Shown here: piece by piece, positions 1 to 14,731 of the stretch
How positions within the stretch are numbered: the stretch's first letter is position 1
Layout of the letters: every line of letters starts with the position of its first letter
Assembly: GCA_010093705.1 (NCBI GenBank)
Contig: MU006099.1
Location: 434,001 to 498,000, forward strand
Length of the DNA: 64,000 nucleotides
Source: Patellaria atrata CBS 101060
Lineage: Eukaryota
Direction of reading: 5' to 3'
The notes under the pieces: model-generated
The model's input: the letters and a program-made list of their open reading frames with translations, nothing else
Databases searched by the model: none
Told to the model about the DNA's origin: nothing
Made by a program: the position numbers and the translations under genes

Positions 1-340
1 CAACCCCAGTACCGGGAATGAGCTAATCCGACACAGGGTTCAAATTGACCTTGAAGAAGCCAGTAGTAAAGCAAGGTAATATGTACATCGTTGCTCACCG
101 TTTCTGTCCGGTGGCGCAACCCCATATTGGAACTGGACTATGGATGAGTTCCATCTGCAAGGTAAGGCTGGATCTTGAACGATCAATATTGGTGGCTATT
201 CAATAGTAAGCTTGTAATGTCTTAGTATAATCTCTACTTATATATCATGAACTCTTCGTATTTACTGCCTTATTTACTCCTTAGTAAACAATCATTTCCT
301 AGCGTGCTTGAACTATCATCATTCGTTTGAATGTTCAGCC

Positions 341-3300
341 ATGCGTTTCTCTCGTTCATCTCTAATTGCCGCTTCGGCTTTTATTTTATTACTCCCGGTG
401 GACGCCAGGATTGCGAATCCATTGAATTTGTTCCGCTCGAAACGAGGCCAGCCAGAACAGAACCATAAAAGGGTAGAAAGTGTCGTCTGCGTTGATCATG
501 ATATATACAGCGACTTTCTCAAAAATATTTCTGAGGCCAATCAATTCTGTGTTGCACATTTGAGAATACCCCCAGCAACAGTCGAGACAACCTACACTCC
601 AGTAATGTAAGCATTTCGGCCTTCACACAGCTCAGCGTAAACCTTAATGCTTCAGTGCTAATGAACATATAGCACGACCACCGTGGTCACTGCTTTTCGA
701 GTACGCACTGTAACTTCTAGAAGTCGTCAAACTGCTACAGTGACAGCAACGGCAACTTCAACGATATTCGCGGCGAGGAAGAAGCGAGCACCAGAGCCAA
801 CGCCAGCTGCTTCATTAGAAGAAGCCGCCTCCTTAGAGGATTTCTACTATGCAGTGCTTGAAAAACGAGATACCACGGGCGAAATTCCAGACGGTGGTGC
901 GAATTCTTTGGCTTTCTCATTTTCTAGTGCCTGTGAATGCTATGAGCCAACTCCAATTTTGACAAAGACGGTGACATATACAGCAGCTCCTACGGTAAAC
1001 ACTCTTTGTTTTTCTATTGTGAAGGACATTACCACTAATTTACATTGATAGTACTTCACCCAGTTTGGGCATGAGCTTTCCACTACTATTTTCGACACCA
1101 CAGAAGTTATAATCATAACTACAACGGTAACTTTGAATACCACCATCCGTGCAACGTCCACAGGATCTTCTCTTCCAGTGGCAGCTCAGACCATCATTTC
1201 ATCTGTCGTATCCTCATCGGTCCAAGTTTTTAATACTCCAAATGGTGTGACATCAATAAGTAACGCGGTTCCTAGCATTTCGGCAGCCAGCACGGCAGCA
1301 GCTAGTGGAACACCATCAACCCCTCCAGTGGAGGGCTTTCCCATCAACTGTCTAGCAGATAACAACAAGACTGAGAGTGTTATATATAACCAAGTACGCT
1401 ACGACTATCTGATCGTTTGCGGTGCAGAAGCTGCGAATAGCAGTGCGCTTGGAGCTATTCCTGCACGTTCTGCTGAAGAGTGTTTATCGGCCTGCACGAA
1501 AGCGAACAATGGGCTCTCAAACATAGAATGCCACGGAATAACATTCTATTTGGATCCTGTCGTCGGAGGCTCCTGTTACCTACTGACGGAAAATCGAAGC
1601 TACAACAACGCATCAAATGCAATTACTGCTGTGCTGACAGGGGTCTCTACCAATGGCAATTCATCCGTATACCACCTCGATTCGTCTGGTAACATTGTGA
1701 CGGGAACAAGAGCGGCTTCTGCAGCTACATCATCTGTAGTCTCTTCGATTGTTTCTGAGGGTTCCGCATTGATTACCCCTCCACCCAAAGTAACGTACAC
1801 CAATGGTTCATATGTTTGGTCAACAGTTATTTACGCCACATTCACTGCCTCCAACGGTCAGGTAGTTGTATATAGCTCATGGGGTTACGCTTCCGGCACT
1901 ACCTGGTATGCCGTATCAGGGTATACCTGGACAAGCATTTACAGCGCCGTAACCACGATATTCAGTGAATTTTTCGGCTCCGCGGCTGGCTCCGGTGGTG
2001 GCGCTAATGGAGGAGGAGACCGCAGTGGTAATCAGGTCACGGGCATAACAACTATAAGAGACGGAAGCACCATCGTCTACGGCAACGATACTGCTGTCTT
2101 GGTCAGTTCAGGGACTATTGCGAGCATTCCTCAACTTGTCTCGGCTGAAATTACATCCCTCAGCTCATGGAGAACGGTCGTCAGCGGCGCTACCGCACTT
2201 TCCACTGGGGGTGAAGGCATCATTTCTGGCGTCGTCCCTGATCAAACATTGCAACCTGTTCCAACTGTAATCTCAGAAGTTTCGGTTTTCAGTACAATAT
2301 ACAACGGCGCAACCAGGATCAGCATGGGTGGAGAAGGTGCTAGTACTCTCATCTCTACCGGTGGGGAAGGTTCTAGCAATATTACTGCGGCTTCTGGTTC
2401 TCAAGTTACAGTGATTTCCAATGGAACAGCTATAGCCGGGGTCTCCTCGCAGTTCACAAGTGGTTATACTGCTATCTCGACCGGAGGTTCTGGAAATGAA
2501 ACTGGACCAGCACCCTCGTCAGTTATCGTTGTGATCTCTGAAGCAACTACAATTATTCAGCAAACCGCAAATGTAACTGGTGGATCTGCAGTCATTAGCA
2601 CTGGGGGTGCAGGATCTACACTACTAAATGGTGTTGAAACTTCGTCTCTCCCCTCGCCTAATATTACAATCATCGAGAACGGGAGCACGATCATAAGCGT
2701 TTCTGGCTTCAGTACGGGTGGAGTTGTAGACGTTTCTACGGGTGGTATTAGCAGCAAAGGACTCGTTGTTTCGTCAGCTACTCCTACATCCGTTGTCTCT
2801 GCCGACACTAGAGTTTTCAGTAACGGAACTATCAGTACTGGGGCGACCGCTTTCAGCACTGGAGGTATAGCCAGTTTAGCTACTGGCTCTGAAGGAATTC
2901 GGAATATTTCGGTGACCGTGATATCTTACAGCACATCTATAGTAGGTGTACTATCCACCATTGAGACTGGAGTTGGCAGTGTGAGTGGTGAGGGAGAAGG
3001 GAACTTTACTATACTGGCAACGCCAGGTCCCGATGTCTCCGGGGGAATATCGTCTATTAGAGGGAACTTTTCTCTAAGTACAGGAGGTGAAGGCTCTTCT
3101 GGCTTCCCCATTCCTACCCTGACACCGGATGCAAATAGCTCATCGGCTCGCACTTTTACTACATCATCCGCTCCACGAACCGGCTTTCAAGAGGCATCGT
3201 CTACTGAAGGAGTTGCTTCCATGAACACAGGAGGGTCACACTTTACATCTTTCGGCGGGGATACTGCTAGTAGCATCACAGTGCCTACCGGATCAGTTAA

Positions 3301-5317
3301 CTACACCGTGCCACCGACTGGTGGTGTCATATCTGGTCCTCCAACCCCGGTCATCTCATATAGCAATGTCGGAGGTTTCAACTATACTTCTATAGGAAGT
3401 GAGGGAAGCAGTGTCATATTAGGTACGGGACCCATCACAATTCCACCTATGGCTTCATACAGTAGTTTAGGAGGATCAAACTACACATCATCTGGTAGTG
3501 AAGATGTTATCAGCTTTTCCCCGACGCCCTCAGAAAACGGGACAACAAGAAGTTTCCCGAGAGAGAGTGACTCCCGTGTAGGATCACAAATAACGGAAAT
3601 AGAATCAGACCTAGAGACCCTCACTTCGTCCTCCAACGTCGCTAGCTATGCTCCAACAGCACCTATCACTGACGCCCCGGTTGCCAGTAACAGCATCCCT
3701 CCCTCGTCCTTCAATATAACTAGCTGGGCTCCAACAGCTCCGATCACTGACATTCCTGACGCTAGCAGTGGCATACCTTTGCCGTGGAGCAATTTTACCC
3801 AACCATTACTATCTTCAAGTGGACCACCTTTCCCCCCATTTTCCTATCCCTTCACACTGCCACCCTCTCTAACTCCAACCCCATGGCCTAAATCCAACCA
3901 ATCCTCGATCGGTACAGGTATCCATTCTTCCTCTACTACTCGAAGATTCACGAGTGGTGATCGAGAAGGTTTCCAAACTGAAAGTGCCATATCAACTATG
4001 AATATATCAAGTATTGGTACCGGTACTGCATGGAGCACTGGAACAGCGAATTACACGATGCCGGTCGTGACAGGTAATACCCCCTCAATCACCATACCCA
4101 CAACTTCAAATTCTACTATCTTCGCGCCAACTGGCGATTCAACTTATTCAGGGCCTTCCATGTCTATTCCCTTCGAGTCATCTAATTCGACATTCCCTGC
4201 ACCTACAGGAGAAATAGCCTCATCTACAATTCCAACAGCTTCTTATAATATCGCCATCCCTCCCACCGGAGGTATTCCTTCATTAACTCTAGTACCACCA
4301 ACATATAATATTTCATTTTCAGCACCTACTAGGGAGACACGCTCGTTAACAATTCCGACACCCTCTTCAAATATCACTTTCCCAGCTCCGACAGGGGAAA
4401 CACCTTTGACATTCGTCACACCGTCATACAACATTACCTTACCGGGACCAACAGGTGAAACACCTTCCTTGACAATTCCAATTCCTTCTTACAACGAGAC
4501 ATTCCCAGTCCCAACTGGAGAGACGCCTTCTCTCACAATTTCAACACCCTCATCCAACATCACACTTCCAGCTCCTACGGGTTCGCCCAGCGGAAGTCTC
4601 TGCCCTTGTATCCTCTCTACCCCAACCGTCACCGTTACAGCCATTCAAACGATCTATGCCCCCTGTCCCTCCTGTATCTCGCCCGACTTGCCAGCACCAG
4701 AATCGGGCCTCACGACAGGGGCCGTCCCTCCTCAAATCACCTCCTCTCCGCTCCCGCCGGCCATCTCTCCAATAGCAGTCCCCACTGAGCGCCGCCGCTC
4801 CGGCGAACCCGCAACCCCAGCACAAATTGCAGCCGCATGCACCAACCGCACCACCAACGCCGTCTGGAACGGTGGCTTCGAGATCGTAAACGCGGACGGC
4901 GATCCCGTCGGTTGGACCGCCAGCACAACATCCTCTGCCATATTCTTCACCACATTGCGAACCGGCCCCTACGCAGGCGTCTTCGCCGGGCGCGTTGTCT
5001 CCACGCTTCCTGGGGCTACCATCACGGTTATCCAGGCTCTGACGCTGTGCCCCGGGACGGGGTATGTTTTGAGCGCTGTTGCGAGGCAGGAGAGAGTGTT
5101 GAGTGAGTGTACAGTGGACTTTGCGGTGGGTGGCAGAGGGGTCATGAGTGTGCAGCCAACTACCGGGTGGGGTGCTAGGAGCGAGGGGTTTACGGTGGGG
5201 ACGGATGATCCCGTGACGGTGGATATTGAGGCTGTTGTTAGTTGTGTGGGAAGGCCTGCTGCTGGAGGGACGTTGGTTGTTGATTTTGATGAGATTATGG
5301 TTGTTGCTACCACATAA
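341..5317 (+). CDS. Large secreted Ser/Thr/Pro-rich (mucin/adhesin-like) protein, about 1617 aa, with a PAN/apple-like Cys module and a C-terminal CBM4/9-like carbohydrate-binding domain. Exons 341-606, 673-994, 1052-5317
   Basis: ATG at 341 starts a signal peptide (MRFSRSSLIAASAFILLLPVDA). GT-AG introns 607-672 and 995-1051 have branch sites and join ORFs 308, 683 and 1133 in frame (4854 nt). KR dibasic sites; SAEECLSACTK..CHGITF..CYL motif; C-terminal NGGFE..GW..GPYAG..LCPGTGY domain. Confidence 0.85.
4060..4590 (+). repeat. Intragenic imperfect ~22-aa (~66-bp) tandem repeats (PAPTGETPSLTIPxxSxNITF), about 8 copies
   Basis: Recurring PTG(E)TPSLTI..NITF/L units in the translation, most with an N-x-S/T sequon. 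Confidence 0.8.
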
Positions 5318-8300
5318 GAGGGTGGGGCAAGTGGTATCTTATTGTTTCACAAGTAGTATTGTTTCAAGCGGAGGAGAGGAAGAGGCCTTGAGTTCGACGG
5401 GTTATTATGTTTGAGGATTTTTTTTTAGATTTCTTCCATGATTCTTTCCTATCTAGTTCCTCCTGTGGATCTTGTAGCGTTCTTTAGCCCTTGAACGTTT
5501 TATCCTTCATAGCATCGTTAGTCACTAGTTATATTTATCGAGTCTAGGTCTGATCTGTTGCAGAAATAAAGGCAGATAGCTCATAGTGGTAACATCTCGG
5601 TGAGAGTAATGAAAATTATGGTTTACGTTGAGATGTCGCTTAGTGAATTTGCAATTTTTTATAGAACATGTAGTTTATTTCGGCACTGAGATCTAACTGG
5701 GATCCTATAGTCTACTAGAACAAGTAGAATGAGTGATGAGCCCCAGGTTTTGTGTGCATGATCTCTTCTGTCCCTATTTTACGCTTGCTGGAAAAAGTGC
5801 TTCGCTCCGCTGTACATCATCTACCCGTCTGTACTAAACATCACTAACAGTACCAACACATTGATTGTACACGTCCCGTGAGGTAGAATTAGAGGTTAAG
5901 TGTCCGCCAAGACGTGTATCACTTCCCTTATGATAGTATTTCTCGCGTGCTGCACTTTCATACTCAGAAATGATTGATTGAACACAAAATTTAAACCTTT
6001 CTCGTAACCGTCTACCTCATAATCTACTCATCCTCTCGTTTGGATTCAATAGTAGAGGGACATTGTCAAAGTAGCAAGTTTTTGTCTTGGGCCTTGCTGT
6101 TCCCGCGGAAGTTTAAAGGTTTAGACCCCAATTGATAACCTGACATAATTTGCTTGACCCCTTCAATTTTGGATATAGGGTTCGTTTTGTGGCTTCTTTG
6201 AGCATTCAACCCTTTCTTTTAATTCCGATGTTTAGGTTTGTGGTGCATGGTGGTTAGCGTGAAGTGATCGGTTCGTAGATTTTACTGTACAGTAAAGTCG
6301 GAATAGTACGGATGACTCTAACCGTACCTAGAGTCGACCAGGCAAATGTCTGACGGGTTCTAAGATTCAGAATTTAACGCCTTGCTGCATATATTCCACA
6401 ACTGTGAAGAAATTAATGGTACCAACCGACCGCGTAAGGGAAGAACATAGTGAGTGTTAAGCGAGATGATCTAACATAGCAAAGAAAGAGTCCTTGAGTA
6501 GTCAAATAGTGAAATAGTCTATTGATTTTGAACGATCATTAACTGCTGCAGTTGAATTTGTAAGCGATCATTGGCAAAGCACCCTTGGCACTCCCTATAA
6601 CTCCCGTCTACGTACCGAAACGGTACGACGGTAACCAAAGAGACGAAAACCCGCAGATACGGACACCCCACCATCATAGTATTTCTTGCATAATGAGATG
6701 AACTGTCAAATTGACTTGGCACAACGTGGCCCTCAAACTTCGGAAATAACGAGACTATTAAAGGAGAAAGTTCTATTCGAAACGCAATGTGAGTCGAATC
6801 CAATTCGATAGCGCCACGACCTAGCAAAGTGACAAGGGAGAAAAGCAAATACTCATAATGAATAACGTCTAATGGTACTTGAACGGTTTTCCTGCATGCA
6901 AGATTGTTCTAGAGATCCTGGCGCTCGTGTGACAAAACGAAAGATTCAGAAATAGAATCCAAATGCCTCTCAATCTCCTGTTTGAGTGGAGGAAAGACCG
7001 TTGATCCAAGGCTGTGATAGCAAGTCACAGGATCACGAGTGGATGTCAGTACGTAAACAGAGATATCTCCAGACGCTGACCAATATGTTTCTATTTCCGT
7101 CTCATGCATGAAATAATTGAGCACCCAAGATTATGTGGAACATTGGATCTTGCAGATACCTGAGAATGATGTATGATCGCCGCAGGAGAGACCTTCATGG
7201 CGTCAAGATAATGAACTCCAACGAACGAAATGCCTCCGCAATTGAGCCGCCATCAGCTTTCTGACCTTTGGAACATGCAACTGGAACTTCAGAATGTAGT
7301 GCGAGAGGCTTTCCGAATTGCACAATATCCAATTGACCCGTAATTAATGGTTACACGAGCGACAAATGGCCGTCAAGGTCCTGTAATAGGTTCTTAAGTG
7401 GGCCGGAGTGGTTTTGTGGAACGAAGTGACACGATTACAGTACTATTATCGTGCATCTGAGGCGCTGCTGGCGGTATTTATCCTGCAGAAATGGTAACAT
7501 GACTATCCTTCGCAGGTCCAAACAGCTCAGAAAGATGTCAAGATCATTTCAATCTGCAAGCACAACCACGCCTTAGATGTTTTTTAATCCGCTTATTGAA
7601 TCAAATCATGGCCATGGATAGTTGAAGGCATGGGTGACAAATTCTCCGATTAGCGGACGCCTAAGCGCTAGGAAGTTGAACAAATAAAAGTTCTGCCGGA
7701 TCCAGTGTCTTGCATGTGAGTATCATTGTCTGAGGGGAGCGATGGGAGGTTCCTCCCGAAGCCTTGGGAGCATGTTGTGGATGAAGAAGGACCGTCTAGC
7801 AGCACGCTGCGGATGCACGCGCGGTTTAAAATCTTTAATTAAAGGCGAACCCCCAGGTTTGCAGGTTCACAAGTTTGCACTCGTGGTGTCAGCTTCGGGG
7901 CAGATCAACAATAGTGGCAAGCCAGTCACAGGCTGCCACGTAGGCTTTCCTCATCTTTTCAAGAATTCTTCGATCGAATGCTAAAACTTTATCAAGACTT
8001 ATTTCTGGAAATCCTGATAACTCCATGAGACTTGTTCAGGACTCGCAATGAAAGAACTTTTGACTTGACATCGAACAAAATGGACACCGAGAGGTCGCAA
8101 GAGCAGTGTATGATCCAGAGAAGTCACCCGCACTCGCGCATCTGAAGCTAACGAAATGATAGGCTCAAAGAGAATTCATAATACGACTTGAAATTACCGT
8201 GTGAGACTCTCACCTACCTCTAGGGACGTTTTCCACCGCGATATCCACCTCACGGGTGCTGAATGCAGCAAGTGGAATATCATAAAGGGTCAGGAACAAG

Positions 8301-9072
8301 GACGTCTTAGGCGCGCCACATGTTGAAGATGCAGGACAGACATAATGTGGGAACAAGCCATCTCTCATTACAAGGGCGTTGAGCGACAAAGCAATGCATG
8401 TGGTTGGAGGTGGAGTGGAAGGGAGATGAGAACTTCGCTCACGGCGGCGGCTGTTTTTTGGCCGGGGTTGCACAAGAGCACGTGATGCTTTGGATGAAAA
8501 GGTCGTAGCGTATCCACGTGATGACGCTAAGAAAACCCCACCTCGAGACAACACTTCATCGTACTTCCATCTCTTTTCTTCTTCTTCTCTCAACAACGGG
8601 CAACAGCGCAAGAAATAATACCATCTACCGCAAAGAGGCTTCATGATCATGTTGTTAACGCTTAGAATCGCTGGCCAAGAGCGTCGCCGCCGGCTCTTCC
8701 GATGACATTCATGGGGCCACGATCGACTGGCTTCTATTTTGAATTACGCGACCAGGGGATGTTCCTAGCCCCATCAAGACTTCAGCGGCTACACTTCACT
8801 CATCACTGGAAGGACATCCCATTGAAACAAGTAAATTCGTGTCATCATTTTAAAAAGTAGTGAAGTAAGAAAGAGAAGGAGCGCGAATGTCTGAGGTACC
8901 CGCCCATTCTTTCCTTAGTTTCCTCCTGTTTTCCTTATTCCATTTCTCCTTTGCATCAAAAGTCTTCAAAATGGCCGAAATGAGTGGACTCCAATTCCCA
9001 AAAATAAGAAAGAAAAGAATGGTTGTACAAGAAGAGAGTTACCGCCACCATCAGAGCTCCGAGGATCCATCC

Positions 9073-9420
9073 CTAATGAGATCCGCTTCCTATTCCTTGC
9101 AGCCTCCTGTTCTTCTCGCATTGGAGTTCGTAGATCTCCGCATCAAGGGCTCTGATTTGATCCATTGACTTGTCAATGGACGCTCGGAATTTGCTTCCTT
9201 CGCGCTGCCACCTGTTGACTCGCTCAACTTCGGCAGTTCTGCGTCGCAACTTGGTGTCGATCTTCTCGCAGAGCTTGCACTTCTGGCCTACCGGGACCGT
9301 TGTCATGATCAATTTCATGCCACAAGTTTCACCGATGCGGTATTCCCGGTTGCAATGTTGTCTGAAGTGGCCCCATTTCCAGTCTCCGCAAACGAAACGG
9401 TGTTGATCAAAGAAGCACAT
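9073..9420 (-). CDS. Small conserved fungal Cys-rich protein of unknown function (115 aa), with a probable 5'-UTR intron at 9441-9496
   Basis: MCFFDQHRFVCGDWKWGHFRQHC..CGMKL..CKLCEKI pattern followed by a coiled-coil tail; ACAATG start context; upstream gtaaga..ctaac..cag intron on the minus strand. Confidence 0.8.
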   Translation of the reverse strand: MCFFDQHRFVCGDWKWGHFRQHCNREYRIGETCGMKLIMTTVPVGQKCKLCEKIDTKLRRRTAEVERVNRWQREGSKFRASIDKSMDQIRALDAEIYELQCEKNRRLQGIGSGSH

Positions 9421-12400
9421 TGTCTCAAACTTTATTGGCCCTGTCTTGTGTTAGTTCATTTTTATCCGGTATGCGTTCATAGCCTATCAATCTTACCGTT
9501 GACGTCAAAAAGTTTTGATATGGATTTAAAGATTGGATAGGAAGCTCCAATTCTGGATATAATCAGTCGTTTTCCCAGAGAGGCTATACGTCTACGAAGA
9601 CTTACACAAAGTTCGGATACCTTTTACAAAAAGAGTTGGGTATCGCTTGTGAAGCTGGACTGGAATGAGAAACAATTGAGGTTTTATGAGAGCTCGATGT
9701 GCCCGTTTGGGATCGTTCTGGTTGGGAGAAGAGAAGGAATTGAGCTGATGGTGAACAAGATGAGTTTCAAGACGTCTTCAAGGCCACTATTTATGTTTCG
9801 AACAGCGGTCAAGTCCTTCCTTGTTGCCGTCCTTCTTCAACCACGGATAGCCAAACATCTTTGCCGTCAACCACCCTTCATGCTGGCTTATCGAACCCCA
9901 CTCCATAGCATCCAACGATATTGCTCATTGACACGGATCACCTCATTATTCCGTTAGATTGATCCCGGGAACGAGCTACGACATCACCCTAGGCCGTGCC
10001 CGATGCTCGAGATATGCAAAAGGGTATCACATTTGCTAAGGATCACCGGCGTCGTGGCTTTTAGACCGCGTATTTTCTCCTCCCGTGGTGTTAAATCGCT
10101 CATAGCCCTGGTTACGCTGACTCAATTGGATTCGAAGAAATGGTCTGGATGTTGTTTTCTATGCTTTCTCTAACATTCATCCCTGAGGAACTATGAAGCC
10201 GTTGTAGCGAGGTGTGCGATATCGATCACGTGAGGCGCCTCGGCTGTAGGTGGGCTAAACCTATTTTTCGATTTGATGTTCTGTGTCCCTAGACGATTGG
10301 CCATCAGAGCTCCTACTTCAGTCCACTTGTCAATTCGGAACACGGGGAAAGAATGAAAAATTGATGAGATATGTCACTTACCAGTAATGGCTGGCCGAAA
10401 GCTACCCGGACAATTTGTCCAAAGCATTGGTCAAAAGTATCTTTACTTTCTTCTAATTGTTCTTGGCTTCTCAAAAGTACTACCAAGTTACGTTAGGTTG
10501 GTTCAATTGTTTTTCTCTCCCTCATATTATTCCTGAAATTGTCCAATGGTGGAACACTCACTGAACTGAGCCCTAGCCAGTCGTATCGAATCTTGAGCTG
10601 ACGTACAAACTCAGGCTCACCGTTCAGCTGTGGCAAGTCTAGTCGGTGTTTGCCTTGTTTCTTGTCATGCCGGATTTGCCCTCTGTCAAAAGGGTTTGAA
10701 CTCTACCGTCCTCCCCTCCCTGGCTTCCGGCATCACTGGCCAGTCAAATGATCCGTCCCTCCTGCAAGAGCCATGTATGGACCTCAAGTCCCCTCATCTA
10801 AAAGTCCACAAACAAGACGCACTAGCACTGTACCATGCTTGTTGCATCAGACTGTCACCATGATTAAGAACTCAGCTGATCAAACTTCCCGTTCACCGGC
10901 GTCCTCTTCCCGCAGGCCCACCTATTGTTGTGGAGCAATTTAGTGCGTGCATTGCTGACAGGCATCAAGGTGTAGAACTCATGTTGGCGCGAACTTAATG
11001 CAGAGACTTGGGCCGCATTTGCATATCGAAGCAATCATATGAATTTCGGGGGCACGCTAGGTTCGACCGAGTCTACCCCATCGGAGATCTCTGACGTGGC
11101 GGACTGGTATTTGCTGAGTTTTGCCAGTGTCTTTCTTCCGAGATCATCGCCGCTCATATACGCAATACCCTTATCAAAGTTTGCCCCGGCTGGACTCCGC
11201 TTTCAACCCGTCCAAACGAGCAATGCTGTGCCCCGTTGAAGCGGAGTATGGTACTGGAATCCTCTCTGCTTTTCCGTCAATTGCTTGGACAGAGCATCTT
11301 CCAACCGATGCTCCCCTCCCAAAAGCATGTCTTATGTGGCCAATTTACGTCTGTTTCATGGCGTTGACGTCGTAGTGGCAAGATCTTCTGCAATACAACT
11401 CCGGATGTCACGGTCTTAGACACCTCTTCCTAGTAATCAGAAGCCAGAGATAGCACGCCTCACTCTATATTGAAAGGCGAGATGTTTTGCTTTCAGCTGC
11501 TACTGCTGCTCATTGTTCCTAAATAGGAGGCTGGAAGTGCAAGGTTGGTCTGTTATGCGCTCGTTACTCGCTTCTTTTTCTTTGCTTCCTTTCAACACAG
11601 TGCCCAGGCAGGGATCGTGCACGGCCCCCATGAAAGCTTTCATAAACAACAACAACAAAACAGGACGGGGCCAATTAAACAAAGCTAAGCCTATTCCTCG
11701 AACTAACGACAGAACAAAATTCTTCACCCATGACTTATTTACACTTTAGAGAAGGATATGTGAATATTACCGCCACTCCACGCCCGGCTCACAGTTGGTC
11801 CGACGTTGAATTTTACTACATGCAATGCTTGTGCGTTCTGGCGCTCTATCTCGTCATGTGAATGGTATCAAATGCTGGGTGTCCCGCGCGATTTCCATGC
11901 GTAGGGAACCAGAGCGCTTCGATCGATTTGGAGATGTGCAGCAGTAGCAAATGAGGAGACCAGGTAGGCCACTGTGAAAATTTAAGTTAAGTGAGCAAAG
12001 AGGGGGCAGAGCTTCCTAGCTTACTCATTGGATAGAGTGTGTGGGTATCTAAACAGCCAATTGTATACTGATTGTAAGAGAAGGGGCCTCGTGGTTGGTT
12101 CGATAAATACCAGTCTTATGCAATGCAATGCAGTGTTACCATGACTGGGATTGGCTCTCTCGAGGGACTTGTGTTTGTAGCTAGGTCCGCAAACCTCTTG
12201 AGAAGAAGATGCCAGTCTCAGTCACAACAGTACTGCGTGATTCTACCACTGCAGTTAGACCATTTTCGCACCTTTTTGCAGGCATTTCAGTTTCGTTAGC
12301 TCTGTTAATCATTATCTAGACGGCCAGCTCCTACCTAGAGTATATTACTAAACTCGGAATTGGACATCCTTGGTCGTCTGCAAGCGCATTCTAGAAAGGA

Positions 12401-14731
12401 ATCCCACAGACCTAATCCATCCTTCATGTGGGATCATGTGCGTTGTACGCGGTTTCAGTATGTAGCCTTCAGGATTTGTAGAGATTCTGCAAATTCACAA
12501 TAATATTTGAGCAATAAGACATTGTGGACATATATCGTTTATCAGTTATAGTCGACTTGCCCAAAATGGTGTGCCCTACTACTTGAAGCCGGACTCATAT
12601 CGTTGCGGATCTAGACCAGCCCCTACTACACCGCATGAAACTTGACTCCAAAAACGGTGAAGTGTACACAATACCCCGCCATCATTTTCCTACAGTCCAC
12701 ATCCTCAACAATTAAAGGAGAGTCCACCGTGAGCTGAATGAAAATCTTATGGATGTCGTTACTTATCCGCGGATTGGGGTCCAAGCAGAGGATTCCGCAA
12801 CCGATGGACTTCCGATCTTTCGGGTCCTAACACGTGGATGTTTTGTTTCAGAAGGCAAATGCAGTCAGATACCACGGACGTTGATGGATTACATTCAGGA
12901 CAAAGAGTACAGATATGCGGCAGGAGTGAGCGTTGCGGATTGAAGCATAGGTAGCGCGAGTATATGCAGTTAATATAGTGCATTAGGGCTTTGATGATAC
13001 TGGACTATACTAAACATACAGCGACACGGAAGAAAGGCACCTTGTTCTAGAGAGATGTGGTTTTTGTTTCGGAGTAGTGCGGTCGCGGAATCGATTGGCT
13101 GGTGTTTCAAGATATCAGATATGCGGTAAGACATGGGGATTTGGGGGCACTGAGGTAAGATGTGCAAGGAAGACTTGACGTTGACATGTACAGATGCGAG
13201 ATACGTCATTTTTAGATAGCTGTCGGTTGAGGGCCGGAACTGTCCCGAGCTCCTCGTATAATGTACCTATAATACTTTTCCGCTTTCTTGTTCTGGCGAA
13301 TATTTGAGGGTGTGGGATAGAAAATCCACAGATTCAGGTAGCTCGGTCCTCTCACCGCATTACAGTCTATCCCAATAATGAAGAGCCCAATTGCTCGGTC
13401 CTTACGGACATGATCTACTCTCCTACCTTTTCCTGCTTTCTCCTTTCTCCTGCTTTCTGCATTCTGCGGTTCTGCGCGCTGCATTCTGTCTCACCTGTAC
13501 GCTCCTCTTCATGGATCCTTCTGTCTATCTGTGACAGGATGTGCAATTCCAATAACGGGATGCAGGTCGAAGTCCGTCGAGGTTCCCAGAGCTGCAGCTG
13601 TTGTATGGCTGCTCCGCGGTAGTGTTGGTATTACATGAGATAGACAAAGGAGGTTGAAGATCACGCCAGGTGAGAGGGACGATCTCCCGTCCCCACGAGT
13701 TGAACACCATGAGTTGTACAAGCTCTGAACTGGGTAGTTACGGGAATTTAATATTGAATTGGAAGGATTTAAATGATTTATATTTATAGGAAAACCGATT
13801 ATCATACTATGTTATACCTGACTTTCTTAATGAATATTTGTTATACTTTAATGAATACGCTTGGCAGTTGGCAAAGCGTGCAGTATACCAATATTTTCCT
13901 TCTTCAAATGTTAACGAAATTTAGACCAGGAAGGTTTGCTGGGTAACTTGTACGACACGAGGTTGATGTAAACAATCTTTTACCAACTCAGGTTTAGATT
14001 TTGTCTTGATCGAAGGGATCCTGTTGATCGCGGAATTGTGAGATGCGGAATCAACTGTTCCTAGGGCCAGAGCATTTCCATGACAAATTGTACCATTATC
14101 AGAGTGTACCCTACCACAAATATCCTACGTGAGGGGACCATGTCGAGCGACCGAAAGTTTCCGTGCTCGAATGAATTACCGACTCCCATTCCTGATTTTG
14201 TTATCGTTAGGAGGACGAAACGTATTTGACGGAAGGTGTAGAGATTTACGTCCCCAAGAACAATCGTTGTCATTATGAGCGGTGAAGGAAGTCGGGATGA
14301 AAGCGATCTTTCAGCTTTCAGATCAGCCGCTCGATTATATTGAGATGGTAGTTCTAACGTTACGGAAAGCCATAGAGGGCCAAGGAAGATGATACATAGT
14401 GTTGAGTGTGAGACCGGTGTTGCCGGAGCAGGCTTCGCAACTATGATTAATAGAAATAGGACAAGAACCTTAACGTACCTTACAGGCAAAGTGAACTACA
14501 TATTTTTGTCTAAGGATGAGACTGGGGAGGTGTTGTACCGGTTCCTTTGGCGGTGAAGTACGGCAGAAACATCAACGACGTGGTTTTTTGTTTTCCCGGC
14601 TTCCGCGACGCGACTTGACTTTCCATCTCAATTTCAACCACCTTTATTCATTTGTTGTTCATTTGATCACCATATCACGGTATTCATTTGGGAGGATTGT
14701 CATATTAAGTTTCTTTCAAATTTATACATAT

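Noticed and set aside
6519..8650. Short ORFs (6519-6848, 6909-7124, 7742-7984, 8210-8650)
   Set aside because: Several lack ATG starts; no domains or consistent splice model found
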